From positions 8,742,001 through 8,806,000 of the forward strand of contig OX597825.1 in the NCBI GenBank assembly GCA_951406725.2: DNA of 64,000 nucleotides, read 5' to 3'. This DNA comes from Octopus vulgaris. Taxonomy: Eukaryota. The notes below the pieces were generated by a model. It was not told where the DNA came from. It saw nothing but the letters and a program-made list of their open reading frames with translations, and did no database searches. Numbering within the stretch: the first letter of the stretch is position 1; each line of letters opens with the position of its first letter. Positions 14,190-27,787 of the stretch are shown piece after piece. The translations under genes and the position numbers were made by a program.

Positions 14190-14380
14190 TTAAATTACGG
14201 AAAAGTAAATTAAAAACGAAAAAACAATATATCATATATATTCTTCAAAAACTTCGCGGTTAAAGAAGCAAATTAGAACGATATTAAATGTCTTGATGTG
14301 ACATTAAACATGGTGACTTCATTCCATATACAGGATATACATCACTAATCGCTTATACATATTTGCCCATTGTGGGTCGC
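14190..14380 (+). mobile_element. Penelope-like RT C-terminal fragment
   Basis: FKNFAVKEAN*NDIKCLDVTLNM resembles FKxxGLxITxEANxKxVNFLDVTLNL. Confidence 0.5.
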
Positions 14381-14807
14381 CATATTTTGGATGTTTCCTT
14401 TCCCCATGTAGTCATCTCCATTACAAAATTTATCACGAGTGGCTTTGAAATAGCTTTCAACGTGAATTTCCGTTTCTATGACGTTGCTGGCCAAATAACA
14501 TATTAATATATTATTTCATATTTGGAAGTGTAGCACATCATCTATAACTAAAATGGATGTTGCAAGCTGTCGCATTAAGATGCAAAGCAAAATAATGCAT
14601 GCAGATATTCTATTTCCATGGTTGTTCTTATATGAATCATTATCAGAAGTTAATAGACGTGCTCTCATTGCTCCCACCATTTACCCAGCAGAAAATAGAA
14701 AAATGTTTGGGAAAAAAATTGTTGCACCAGAATTTGGAGCGTAAATTATCACACAAGACGGGATAGTAGCACAGTTATGAGGACACGACCTTAGATACTT
14801 ACATTCC

Positions 14808-15428
14808 CAAATACAGATGTTTTCGATCTAATTTGGATTATTTGCCATCGAATTTGAATTCGTTCCAATCAAATTTGAATTCTCTGCAATCAAATTTGAA
14901 TTCTCTGCAATCAAATTTGAATTCGTCAATTGGTGCTCAAGCCTTGGAAAAAAAAGTGAATTAAACTACATCAGCCGTTAGGTAATACATGTCTATCTTA
15001 TCTAACTCGTCCTGTAGAGCCCACCAATTGATATCTGAAAAGTTCGCTGAAATAACTCCTGAACACTGCGATAGCTTCCACCAAAAGATGCTCCGTTATG
15101 TCGACCGCTCTGAACAAGGGGGAGATAATAGAAAAAAGAATCATTCGTTTATTATCTCCCCTTGTTCAGACCGGTTCAGAACGGAGCATCTTTTGGTAGC
15201 AGCTATCGCAGCGTTCAGGAGTTATTTCATCGAACTTTTCAGTTATCAATTGGTGGGTTCTACTGGACGAGTTAGATAAGATAGACATGTATTCCCTTAC
15301 AGCTGATGTAGTTTAACTTTGTTCTTTTTTCCAAGGCTTGAGCACCAATTGAAGAATTCAAATTTGATTGCAAAGAATTAAAATTTGATGGCAAAAAATC
15401 CAAACTAAATTGAAAATATTTATATTTT
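14808..15428. repeat. Long near-perfect palindrome (foldback/MITE-like)
   Basis: Arms of ~300 bp centred near 15140, e.g. CAATTGGTGCTCAAGCCTTGGAAAAA / TTTTTCCAAGGCTTGAGCACCAATTG; 21-bp tandem unit AATCAAATTTGAATTCTCTGC in the arms. Confidence 0.95.
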
Positions 15429-15654
15429 AAAACAGGAAAAAACATGCCAATTTTTCCGAAGATTTACTTCAGCCTTTGTAAAATTGTCAGTCTGACGAAA
15501 GAAGCTGAATCAAAACACCTGTGTTATTATCTATACTGTCCGAGCTAAAATAAGTGAATAAAAGGGAAATAATCGAAACCTACATACGCCCATATATTAT
15601 GTCACTCTCAGATTAGTTTCCGTTCAGAAAACAACAGAAATGGGATTGAGATCT

Positions 15655-15990
15655 CAGTCAAGTGACATTCCTACTAGTAAGTAGTGAGAATAGTGTTTAG
15701 AAGGTAATGTTGGGTGGAATGCAGAATAATGGTGAGTGGAGCAGAGAAGAGGCACCATGGGAAAGATTGAGTGAAGTACTCCAAAGATAATTACAAAACT
15801 CAGGGAAGAGATATCACCCCCAAAGCCTACAAGATTCCTTTCCTGTGATTTTATGGTAAGCGGGTGGTTAGAACGCTTCCAATCGATAATGTCAAGGTGA
15901 GCAGCAACAGCACATACCCTTTTATGCCACCCAAAAATCATTACCAATCTCATTTAAGGCTTGTTGGAGGCTGAAGTATTTCAGCGTTTG
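15655..15990 (-). mobile_element. Possible decayed CR1/L2-type LINE fragment
   Basis: Higher-complexity block with weak similarity to the post-RT region of CR1-group LINEs; no firm motif. Confidence 0.3.
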
Positions 15991-15991
15991 G

Positions 15992-16044
<53 letters not shown>

Positions 16045-16169
16045 TTATAGTTAATCCAAACAAGAAAGCACAAAAAAAAACACAACAACGCGAGAACGTG
16101 GAACAAATATAGTATTATTGGACGCTCAGAAAAGAATTTATTTCCCTTTGCTGCAATTCACTCATCTGT

Positions 16170-16378
16170 AGAAATGAATTGCGACGTCACAAGTGCCAAG
16201 CTGTATCGGTCTTTCCTTTTCCCTTGGATAACACTGGTGGCGTGAAGAGGTGAGGTCGGTATGCATAGGCGACTCCTGGTCTTCCACAAACAACCCGGAC
16301 TTGTGCCTGGAAGGCTCACTTTCTAGGTGTAATCCAATGGTTAGTCATGACCGAAGGGGATCACAACAACAACAACAA
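16170..16378 (+). mobile_element. 3' part of another SINE-like repeat with (CAA)n tail
   Basis: GC-richer block ending …CATGACCGAAGGGGATC(ACA)n; recalled as an octopus repeat, single copy here. Confidence 0.45.
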
Positions 16379-16494
16379 TATTTATATATATATGTGTGTA
16401 TATATATATATACATCTAATGTAGGATAAAATGTTTCGAAAAACATTTTATTAATGGCCAGCATATTAAAAAATTAAAAAAGGTATATGTATAT

Positions 16495-16560
<66 letters not shown>

Positions 16561-16646
16561 CACATTTACAGAAAAAGAAACACGAAGAAAAGTGTAGGAA
16601 CAACAACGTGTAGGTGTATTAGTTTAACGTTAGAGAAAATGAAAAA

Positions 16647-16686
16647 GGCCGCTACGTTTCGAGCCTACGCTCCTCGACAGAGAGGA
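16647..16686 (-). ncRNA. Degenerate hammerhead-like motif in a TA-flanked repeat
   Basis: Reverse complement CTGTCGA-G-GAGC-GTAG-GCTC-GAAAC-GTA; stem II intact, A6 changed, stem I decayed. Confidence 0.45.
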
Positions 16687-16994
16687 TTAAGAGGAGAATA
16701 TGGAGAGAAAAAATGGAGAGAGAATGAGAAAAAGGGAGAGAGAAAAATGTGCAGTTCAATGGTCTACAGTGATGTGACTGGAAGAAAGAGGTTTAATGAA
16801 AGGGAGATAATAATAGCGTTAAAGATATGTTGATCGGAAGGAACGAAGAGAACGGTGTGTGTGAGTGTGTATGCGTGAATCGGGGCGCGTGAGAAAACCA
16901 TGTATGTGTGTGTGAAGGGGTGAGTTTACCATGTTTGTGTATGTGAGTGTGTGTATGTGCATGTTTTGTGTGTAACAGTCGATGCGTCTGTTTC

Positions 16995-17188
16995 TGTGTA
17001 TCATTCATCGCTTAACAACGGATGTTGGTGTATTTACGTCCCCGTAACACTAGCGGTGCGGCAAAAAAATAACGACAGAATAAGTACAAGGCTTATAAAG
17101 AATAAGTCGTTGGGTCGATTTGTTCGACGAAAGCGAGTGCTCCAGCATTGCCGCAGTCAAATAACTGAAACAAGTAAAAGAATAAGAG
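16995..17188 (+). mobile_element. CORE-like SINE, 3' half
   Basis: Matches the 3' half of 30954-31430. Confidence 0.85.
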
Positions 17189-20100
17189 CATATACGTGTG
17201 TGTGCGCGTGTGTATGTGTGCGTGTGTATGTGTGTGTGGGTGTATGCAAGTGAGTGTGTATGTGTGTGTGTACATTTGTATGTGTGAAGCATATAAAACG
17301 TATGTTCCGAGAGGATATCTAATTGATCAAAGATTATTTTAATCATTTCCGGTTTTTATCTGATTAGGAATGCGAGGAAAAACCTCGATCTCTGACTCAT
17401 GCAGAATGAGACTCGAGTTTTTTTTTCGAAATATTAATTACTCTTTTGTTCTAAAAGCGATTCAAATTGCTGTATTACTATAATTACCTCTCTAGATACC
17501 GTTCTCTCTCTCTATCTCACAATCTATCCGTCAGTATTTTCCCGTAAACAAACGTGCGTGCATCTGTTTATGTGTGTTTGCGCGTGTGCATGTTGCAAGT
17601 GTTATACATGTGTGTGTATGGTGCAAGGGTTATACATGTGTGAGCGTGTACGCGTACTGGCTAAAGTGAATTCAGTGCATTTAATTCAATTAATAAATAA
17701 TGGATTTAGGGATATTTACTGAGCTGAAATATTTCAAAATACAATTTTCACAATTAATTCATGATGTAAGTCGAAAGCCCCACAGGCTACCATCTCTGTT
17801 CTCGCTCATTATAACCTTAAACAAGAATACATGTTCTTTTCTTTGTTCTGAAGCATATTTAATTTCCAATACATTCGCGATTGATTCGCATTCTTTCGAT
17901 CACAATCTAGGTGACGTCATTTGTCGATTTTAATGAAAGCAATAAATATAAATGATTCAATTATTAATATACAGAGATTAGGTCTTTGTAAATATTTAGA
18001 AGGTTATTAAAAGAAAAATATATTATATTGCAGTACATTAAATAATCTTCACCGCTTTCAATAACGCTTCATTAATTTTATATCCTTTAATTGTGGTGTC
18101 ACGCCCCATAGATTTCTGAAGAGTCTTCCGCTGTGAATAAAATACAGAATACTTTTAGATACATTCTCGCTAACCTACAGAGGTAGACACATATATATAT
18201 ATACAAGCTTGGAAAGAAGCATGTTTTCATATATATCGATACATACAGGTATTTATTTACATATTATGTAATACATCATTGATGATTAGTTTTTTAAGTA
18301 ATTGTTATGTATTAAATATTCTATATTTACAGAGAACTATCGTCGTGAATGTTTACTCGTATATACTGTTTTATAACAGTGTTTTTTTATGTCATATGTA
18401 TGTAGTATTTTATATTATACTATAATAGGCTGTGATACGGTGGTGAGTAGAAGAATAGCCAGAGCGCTCAACAAAAGATTCAGTGGTAGTTTGTTACACT
18501 TCATTATCATAAGAAACTGATACTCATTATCGTTATCTTTCATTTTCCTGTGTGCCGAATGATTTGTAGTTCAATAGTGGACTCTATCAAGAAGGGTTTC
18601 TTTCTACACAACACACATTTTAGTAGGACAGTATTGGCCTCTGTTTCAAATTCTTTGATTATTTTGAAAATGTTTAAATTGAAAAGGTTTTAATGCTAAG
18701 TATTTGATTGTATGTGTTATAGCTTCGCTGCAAAATTTGGCATCAGTTCTAGAGGAAAATACTTTATATTATATTCAGGGAGTAAGTTCGACAAAATAAA
18801 AATAAAAATACGGCTTCCTTTCGGATTTTAGTCACAGATATAAGTATAAAATTGAGTCTTTCCGAAAAAAAAGTTGTTTATTTGTTTTATGCATTCAACA
18901 TCGTCAAAAGATGTAATCAGTGACAAGTTAAAAGCGTGTCTTTTGTGCACTTAATTAACTTATGTCCACTTACCTAATCATTTGCTTTACATTTCAAAAA
19001 CTCAGAGTGTAATTCAAGATCTACAATTGCAAATTTTTCATGAAAATATTACACTTTAAATTTTACGATTTTATTCAAAGATTTTTGTGGATAAGCACAC
19101 CTGCTTTCTGAATTGATAAAAGTTTAGAAAGTCTACACTATTTAACACTTCGTAATTCTGTTCTCAGTAATAAAAGTGTGGCTTTGTAAAATACAAATTG
19201 AAAGCATTAAGAAGAAACTGAAGATGACCTCTTCGAATCATAAATTCCTAATCACTGCAAAGAAACTAGAAACATCTTTCAAGAACATATGATTTATGAT
19301 GCTACATATTCACCTATGGGCAGATACGTCATGTTAATGCGAGATATGCTGATATACAAACTATTGTACGTAAAATTTATCAAAAGATGCCTGTGCTATT
19401 CACTGCATTTAATACATTTAGCATTTAGGTTTCCCTATACACATTAAGTAGACCAATATGCAATTAATTATTTAGCACTAGGTTTCTTTTTCTGAGAAGA
19501 TTTGTGATAATTGTTTAAACGCATTGTAAGATGGCCCCAAACCCCGAAAATATTCTTGTTAAAACAACCTTTGAAAGTGAAGTATCGCCAACGTGTGAAC
19601 GCGTGTTTTTCCTCAGAAAATGACTCAGCTCTGTCATAAGGTATTACTTCACAAGCACAATGAAACAAAGCAATTCGATCAATATATATTTAATTATTAA
19701 CAGGCGCCATCATTATAGAAGTTCATGAAACGGCATCACTATATCACTAACATAGTATAAATTATACACTTATCATTTCATGAACTCTATATACTTCAAC
19801 ACACTTAGAAAGAACTACTTTCAATCAAACTCTACTTCATTGCACATATACATTATTAATGTATAGCATGCACTATATATCACAAACAGCCATAGTTTAA
19901 ATATATTACAATACACTATCAAGATGCATAACACACTATACTTATACAATAGTCGATATCACATTGGAATAAATATATCATGTCAGGGCCCGATCTTTGC
20001 TGACCAATACCATAAATATTTGTCAAATATTTATCGTTCTGATATTTCCCCCTCCGGCGTGAACCAACGAGAAGATGTTATGACATTGTAAATGCTGGTG

Positions 20101-20204
20101 ATAAAAATGGAAGATTAAAATTTCATTGTTCTATGTCACACCTAAATCTATTTTAAATATTATATATTTGAGATTTTTAACATCTATATCACATTAAAAA
20201 TAAG

Positions 20205-21150
20205 CTTCAATATTGCGACCAGTCTAAAATCACTACCTTCGTTATCGTTCACGTCCAGGACGTGCGACTTACATTCTGGGTCCAGAAAGACCGACCGTAT
20301 CTCGAGATCCAGACCTTATCTAAACATCACAGCTACCTTATCCCCCCCATTCCCGATTGACTAAGATATGCGAACATCTGAAAGTCATCGAAAATGGGAG
20401 CCAAGTCTCGTGTGTCCGCGATCTTATAGTCGCTGACGGCTATTACATCTAGACTTAGCCACCTTGGTCACCAAGCTCTGTATCCCCTGCACCTCGGTCT
20501 TAAAAAGGACTTCTATTCAGACGTACTGCCTCGCTCTCGCAATGTTGTGGATATCCTGCCATATGCTTTTCAAGGGTTTTTTTTTCCACCTGGTTGCGTT
20601 TAGCATTTTCGAGTTTCTCTGTCTTTGTGTTCACGCACCTGTAGACAACTATCTGTTTACAGTTGCTTGAAGCACGTCGTTTGCAGGTGTCAATTCTGCC
20701 CTCCTTCCATTCATTGTCATATATTTTGCTGCCCTGTTTAGTTTTTTCAATTATGTTCTCCAATTAAATGTTAACTAATTCCTTAGCTGCCGTGAGATTT
20801 GAAAAAGTCTCTTTCTTGCCGCTAACTACATTTTTGTTAGATTCTTCTCAGCCGTTGTTGTCAATATTGTTCTTGGTGTTACTACAACTTCCATGTAGTG
20901 AGGAAGACTTTATCCCTCCTTACTCTCACCTTCTTTCTGTTTCTCATCATCTTTTTTTGTCTTTTCTTGACTCTTCACTTCTTCCTTCTTTTCTTCCTGC
21001 TGCCTACTGCCAATAATGGTGGGGAGGACGGAGAAGTACTCGTTGAAATCGCCGAACCACCTTCCTTTCTCACTCCCGCTTTTCGTCGCCATCTTCAATG
21101 TTTATTTTCTTTTAAGCTAATTTTCGAGGAAATTTGAAAACAAAAAGGTT
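20205..21150 (-). mobile_element. Decayed L1/Tx1-type LINE 5' portion (ORF1 remnant plus APE endonuclease N-terminus)
   Basis: Minus strand LDVIAVSDYKI…AVMFR*GLDLEIRSVFLDPECKSHVLDVNDNEGSDFRLVAI (20215-20455) matches the APE pattern D.I..ET…GVAVLF…DxEGR…FRLVAVYAP; Lys/Glu-rich upstream remnants. Confidence 0.75.
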
Positions 21151-21273
21151 TGTATCAAGAAGGGCGGCTGGCTTACAAAACGCTTTAAACAGCAAAATAC
21201 GGTATAGAATTTTTAAACAAGTGAATTATTCCTAAACTTAGAGCGTTCCAAAGACACACCTCCAGCTATGGCG

Positions 21274-21379
<106 letters not shown>

Positions 21380-21397
21380 CAACAAAAACACGAGCAA

Positions 21398-21571
21398 TTA
21401 CAAACACATATAACATACAGAAAATTGCACTACAGGGCACTGCCCACATCCTACGCAAAACACTTTCAATACAGTAACCATCACAGCATCACAGCAAACC
21501 ACATCAAAAACCCAAGGCACACAGAGCTGCGCTCGGTAGTGAAGTGAAAGTGCGCTATAAAAATAAAACTA

Positions 21572-21574
<3 letters not shown>
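21398..21574 (+). mobile_element. 3' end of Dong/R4-type non-LTR retrotransposon
   Basis: TNTYNIQKIALQGTAHILRKTLSIQ* (typical R4-clade C-terminus QKxxLLGTAxILR), 3' UTR, flanked on both sides by (TAA)n; second copy at 46861-47024. Confidence 0.85.
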
Positions 21575-21659
<85 letters not shown>

Positions 21660-21661
21660 GA

Positions 21662-21855
21662 AACTTCTAACTGGGACCCACCTGCAAGGTCATGGGCTGT
21701 TTATCTTGATATGAGATCACCATGTCGCGCACATATGGTTCTGATGCATGTGCCTAGTGTACTCTTATCAAGCTGGTAGTCATGAACGGTATACTGGGCT
21801 TCGTATATTTTACCCCAGTGTTACTTTGATGGCATGCACTACTCTCTTACTCAAT
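21662..21855 (+). mobile_element. Truncated retroelement 3' tail in TAA array
   Basis: Complex ~190 bp block bounded by (TAA)n on both sides; family not identified. Confidence 0.55.
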
Positions 21856-21864
21856 GATAATAAT

Positions 21865-21963
<99 letters not shown>

Positions 21964-21987
21964 AAGAAGGATATAATGATAATAAGG

Positions 21988-22065
<78 letters not shown>

Positions 22066-22397
22066 TAATAACATTTCACTGTCGTGATATACATCAGTAT
22101 CATCCTCAGGAGCACCGATAGGAAGAGCACCAGCTGTATATACATGCGCAAAATCAGCAGCAGATCAGCAGGAGCCTCAGCTGACACTACTGATGTCGGT
22201 AAATAGAAGCTGTTACATTAAATCACATATATTTATCAATAAATGTTTATCGCGAAAAACTAATTGACGGTTGTTTGTTCGATACAATAAATATCACAGA
22301 ACTCCGTTTATTTCTATAAACACATGTCCGCAAGCATCGGTGCGTGAGTGTGTTATACTCAGTTTTAAACGTTTTAAACAGAAATAACAGCAATGGT

Positions 22398-22828
22398 ACT
22401 CTTTACTCTTTACTCTTTACTCTTTTTACTTGTTTCAGTCATTTGACTGCGGACATGCTGGAGCACCGCCTTTAGTCGAGCAAATCGACCCCGGGACTTA
22501 CTCTTTTGTAAGCCCAGTACTTATTCCATCGGCCTCTTTTGCCGAACCGCTAACTGACGGGGACGTAAACACACCAGCATCGGTTGTCAAGCAATGCTAG
22601 GGGGACAAACACACACACACACAAACACACACATACACATATATATATATATATATACATATGTACGACAGGCTTCTTTCAGTTTCCGTCTACCAAATCC
22701 ACTCACAAGGCATTGGTCTGCCCGGGGCTATAGCAGAAGACACTTGCCCAAGATGCCACTCAGTGGGACTGAATCCGGAACCATGTGGTTGGTTAGCAAG
22801 CTACTTACCACACAGCCACTCCTGCGCC
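22398..22828 (-). mobile_element. CORE-like SINE, full length
   Basis: Same family as 10735-11145; (TACTCTT)n tail. Confidence 0.92.
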
Positions 22829-23840
22829 TATACGTACAAATAATATTGAGTAGAAGTGTAAATGTTAAAACGTATCGAAATTGAATGAGATGTGATATTG
22901 TTAATGAGATGCATAATTAAATCCATAAATTAAGAAAACAACTTCTGTAGTATTTCTTTTGACATAGCAATTAATTTATATATGGCATTTTTAAACACGT
23001 AATTACAGGATAATATGTTGAGAAGCGTTATGCTACACAGATATTTGTGTTAACAATGAACAAATATCAGTTTGTTTAGCCATTTTATAGGGTGTTTAGA
23101 AATAATTTATTGTCTTTTTATTGATAATATGCTGTGGCTGAAATTTAAATATTCCTTATCAACATCGACGCTATTTTCATAATCCTATGCAAATAGAAAG
23201 TAATCGTCATGTTTTCAAACATCTTCAGTTCGCATGAAAATATAAAGGGTTTTGCGTTTACCTAAGTTATCTTATTTTATATATATTTCTTTTTACCTTT
23301 TCTTGCCTAGCCAGGCTCATGGGCCCGGTTTCCCGGTTTCTGTGGCATATGTGTTTCCCCCAGCCCATTGCAGCGTTACTCCAGAAAAAGGAAGAAAGAG
23401 GGGGAGAATGTTGGGGCGAAAGAGTACAACCGGAGGCTCGTGGAGCTTTTAGGTGTTTTTCGCTCAAAAAACACACACAATTTGAGTAAATTGTAATCGT
23501 CATATATAATAAGGATAGAAATTAAACCCAAAAGCTAATCATGGGATACTATATATAAGAACAAATAAATAGTAGAAATACATAGTATTTATTAAAGCAA
23601 TAAGAACTATTTCCTTCATTATAGAAGGATAAGTATATCATAAAATATGGAATCGAATATAAGGGGTAAATGATTTAGAGGTATATTGATTCATTTTTCC
23701 TTAATCGATTAAATCGAGCCACTTGAAACGGCCGAAATGAATTGACACCTGTACATCTTTGTGACTTCTATATATATAAATATGCATGTGTGTGTGTGTG
23801 TGTGTGTGGCGTGTTTGTGTATTAATGTTATATGCATGTA

Positions 23841-23894
<54 letters not shown>

Positions 23895-23965
23895 CCGGAG
23901 TAAACAGATAAATGTGAAACAAGGTGGAAAAAAGAGTACTCAAATACCAGTGGTAGAGTAATATG

Positions 23966-24150
23966 CTTTATTTAAAGCAGCAGAAAATTTTACAAAACCT
24001 GTTACTCTGAGTTTCGCGTTGCCGTTCACCGGACAGTTTTTGCTAGAACTTTCAATACATTAACAAAATTCTAGCAAAAACTGTCCGATGAACGGCAACG
24101 TGAAACTCAGAGTAACAGTCTTTGTAGAATTTCTGCTGCTTTAAATAAAG
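23966..24150. repeat. Inverted repeat (~85-bp arms) of a hammerhead-bearing element
   Basis: CTTTATTTAAAGCAGCAGAAA…TTTTTGCTAGAA / TTCTAGCAAAAA…TTTCTGCTGCTTTAAATAAAG; whole unit lies inside (TA)n. Confidence 0.92.
24080..24119 (+). ncRNA. Minimal type I hammerhead ribozyme motif (CCGA core variant)
   Basis: ACTGT-CCGATGA-ACG-GCAA-CGT-GAAA-CTCAGA-GTA-ACAGT: 5-bp stem I, GNRA-capped stem II, palindromic stem III, GUA cleavage triplet. Confidence 0.7.
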
Positions 24151-24162
24151 TATATGTATATA

Positions 24163-24239
<77 letters not shown>

Positions 24240-25166
24240 TGCATATCTGTGTATGCATCGTTTTTGAAACATTTTCGGTCTCTGTTCATTTTCCAGTGAA
24301 GGTGGAATTTCATAGCGTACATGTTTTCAGGGATACGTATACTGATTTTTTTTATTATTCATTCTATTTTGAATACTTCACTAATGTAGTAAGAAGAAAT
24401 AGTCAGCTGCAAATATACAAGAATTGTTTCCGAATATTCGTATTCAAATCCTGAGAGATTCAAATGAATTAATACGTATTAATTTATGCTAAATTATTTT
24501 TAAAATATATTTGTTTAAAGTATGATGAATTTCAATCTCTTATTAATAAACTTTAAAGACGTTCGAACATTATTACATTTCCGATTTGAATCGAAAATAT
24601 TCTCCGGTAAAGAGTTTATTTAAAATGTGAATAAAAGAACTTGGTACATTTACTTGAAGCAATTCTGTTTTATAACAGATCTATTATCCTTTGTTAATAT
24701 TTGTATACTTAACAAAATTCACTTTACGTTGATAATATTTATAATCAAAAAAGAGAAAATGATTTTACAATGTTTGTCCAATATGTACGTATCCATTTAA
24801 TTTGGAAGAATTCTACAACCTCCTTCAAATAAAATTTAGTAATTGAGAATATACGTTATAGAATGGTCTATGATATATTTGTCTTCATTTTGGGGATTGT
24901 ATGCACAACATAACTGAAGCATTGAAAACCGGCGTTCCAAAAGCAACATCAAGGAAAGTAATAACGAAAACAGAACTAAACTTCCACAAAAGTATGATAA
25001 ATATCATTTGAATCAAGGTGTAAAGGTGTCTATGAGACGACAGTCAGGATATTATTAGTATTTCAAAATCAGACTCGCATTTGGAAAGCCAAGATTATTG
25101 CGTTTTGATGTAGGCACATTGACGTCAGTGGTTTAGTACAATGAATTGACTACGTGATTTCTTATT

Positions 25167-25380
25167 TCTTATTTCTTTACTACCTACAGGGGGCTAAACA
25201 CAGAGGGGACAAACAAGGACAGACATGCGGATTAAGTCGATTACATCGACTCCAGTGCGCAACTGGTACTTAATTTATCGACCCCGAAAAGATGAAAGGT
25301 AAAGTCGACCTCGGCGGAATTTGAACTCAAAACGTAGTGGCAGACGAAATACCTCTAAGCCTTCTGCCAGCTCACCGCCT
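25167..25380 (-). mobile_element. Meta-like SINE
   Basis: Reverse complement of the family at 56831-57062. Confidence 0.9.
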
Positions 25381-26627
25381 TTGTTCATGTGATTCCTGTG
25401 GATGGAAAGTGCTAAGATAAATTGAAATTGGTGAGATATGATCTTTTAAACCTAGATAGTTAGTAAAAATATAAATATTTGTCCAAGAATCAAGAAATTT
25501 AAATCGTTTCAATAAATCGTTAAATTCGATATTTGCAATAATTACTTTGGTATATCTCTCAGCTATTTCTATGAGTTCAGACATTCTGGCTAACATTAAA
25601 ATGATATTTCGTAATAGTTTCGAAATAGCTGTTCAAATTATTGTATTTTCGGTGATGGAGAAGTTTACTGGAGGTAAGCCAAATATTTGTGCTCTTGACA
25701 AGACGACTGCAATAGAGTTCTTAAGATATTTCCTTTGGCAGCTATCACTACTGCTTCCTCTCGTTGTCGATTTCAGGGAAGAAAACTTTTAAATATGTCC
25801 ACTTGTCAACACGATGTGCAATCAGATAGTTACTAGCAACGATAAGTGATATAAGGTATTTGTATGCAAGCATATCTAGGTATTAATTCGAAATCTCAAC
25901 TTGCGTTTATCTTTTATTCCTTTGAATACAAAAATAAACGAAAACCAGAAATGTAGCGACAAGCAAATCAATTGCGTCTCTCCTATCTTTCTTTCTCTTT
26001 CTCAGTCTCTCTCTCGCTCTCTCTTCATATATATATATATATACATGTACATATATATATTTATATCTATATATATATGTATATGTATGTATATATGTAT
26101 GCATCTATGTATGAATATATGCGCATCAGTTTTTTAAATAAAACGTATTGCGTAATGCTAACATACATACAACACATTATACAGATAATCACATATAAAC
26201 ATGTTCAAAACGTAGATATAAAAAACTATGATATTATTGATTGAATAATATCCTTTTTTCAATGAGTATTTGTAGTTACTGTATATGATGATGGCATACT
26301 TGACACATGCCCATATTAATTAAACGCACTCTAATTTCAAAACTACATATTCAGTAAAAGGTTTTAGCGAATTAAAGCATGTAATATAGAATGGGCGTCG
26401 CATACAGGACACAATAATACTTGATACTTTAATGGAAAACTTATATGACACCAAATACGATACCTTACAATGTTTCTTGAATTAAATATGTTAATATTGT
26501 TTTGCTTAATATTTTCAGGTGGAACGTGTCTTAGAATGGATCCATCTTTAAAGAATAAACTTTTCATATGCCAATAACATGCCTCATTGTATATCTATTT
26601 AATGATTCGCTCATTTTTTGGTTATGA

Positions 26628-27031
26628 CTAGCAGCATCACCTGGCGTTGCTCAGGTTTGTTTCGACCCTTTAGAATCGACATTTTTGAAAAGTAAAAAGT
26701 TTGCATTATGTAGCTTGTTATTCTCTTTAAATGAACAGTTTTTGGTTGAAATACACCGAAAAATGGCGACACAGCAGTAAAAACAAATCGTAAAAAGTGG
26801 GGATTTTCATAGATAAAAAGCACCTTTTGATGTAAAGAAATTTTGTTTTTAACATTGTCGGATCTGAATGTTTTCTTCTACGGAAGGAAGAGCAAGCCAT
26901 CTTCTATCATACTTTCAATTTTGGTCAACTTGTGTCGCGGGGTCTCGGAGGAGATAGAGTTAGTTGAAGGCTACTAAAACTGCCACACACACACACACAG
27001 ACAACTTCAGCTTTATATGAATATATATAGA
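26628..27031 (-). mobile_element. Non-autonomous Helitron
   Basis: Minus strand starts TC, ends with hairpin CCTG-AGCAACGC-CAGG then CTAG; inserted between A and T, no TSD. Confidence 0.85.
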
Positions 27032-27437
27032 TTTGCTGTTCAGGCTAGATTATAACGTACGAAATGAAGAGATATCTATTGTAAGTACCAGGGAAAAGCA
27101 AACGCTATTAGTCAATGAAGAATGTGGTTTTATTATTTTGGTATATATAATTTTAGACAGAGTTTCCATGTCCTGTTCATTAATTATGTTAACGCATAAT
27201 TTTCAGCCGCATATTCGTATAGACAGTTCCATTGCTATTAACAGTTCATAGAACGTCTGGTATCTACTCGTAACCGGTATTTACTTAGCCACGGAAACAT
27301 CGTAATTATTGTTGTACAGAAATCACACAAAATTATAATAGAAAATATAACAACAGCCGTAACATGATATGGTCTTACATAACTTGAACTAGAATATCAA
27401 TAAAACAGCCTATAAAATTTTCTCGTCTAAAATGCAC

Positions 27438-27494
<57 letters not shown>

Positions 27495-27747
27495 ATCATG
27501 TAAAAGAACGCAGAGCAGAAGCATATACGAAGAGAATCATGCATATTGGTTATTACATGTACATTAATCTATATATTCATATGCATGTATATTTATAGAT
27601 CTCTATATGTGTCAATATATGTATGTACATAAGTGTTCATGTTTTGACATTCGTATAAACCGGTATATATATATGTATGTATGCATGTATGTATATATAT
27701 GTATATATATATATATATATATACATATATGTATGTGTGTATATATA

Positions 27748-27787
<40 letters not shown>

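Noticed and set aside
15490-15530. CTGACGA…AAAACACCTGTGTT hammerhead-like string
   Set aside because: No stem II and no GAAA; too decayed to call
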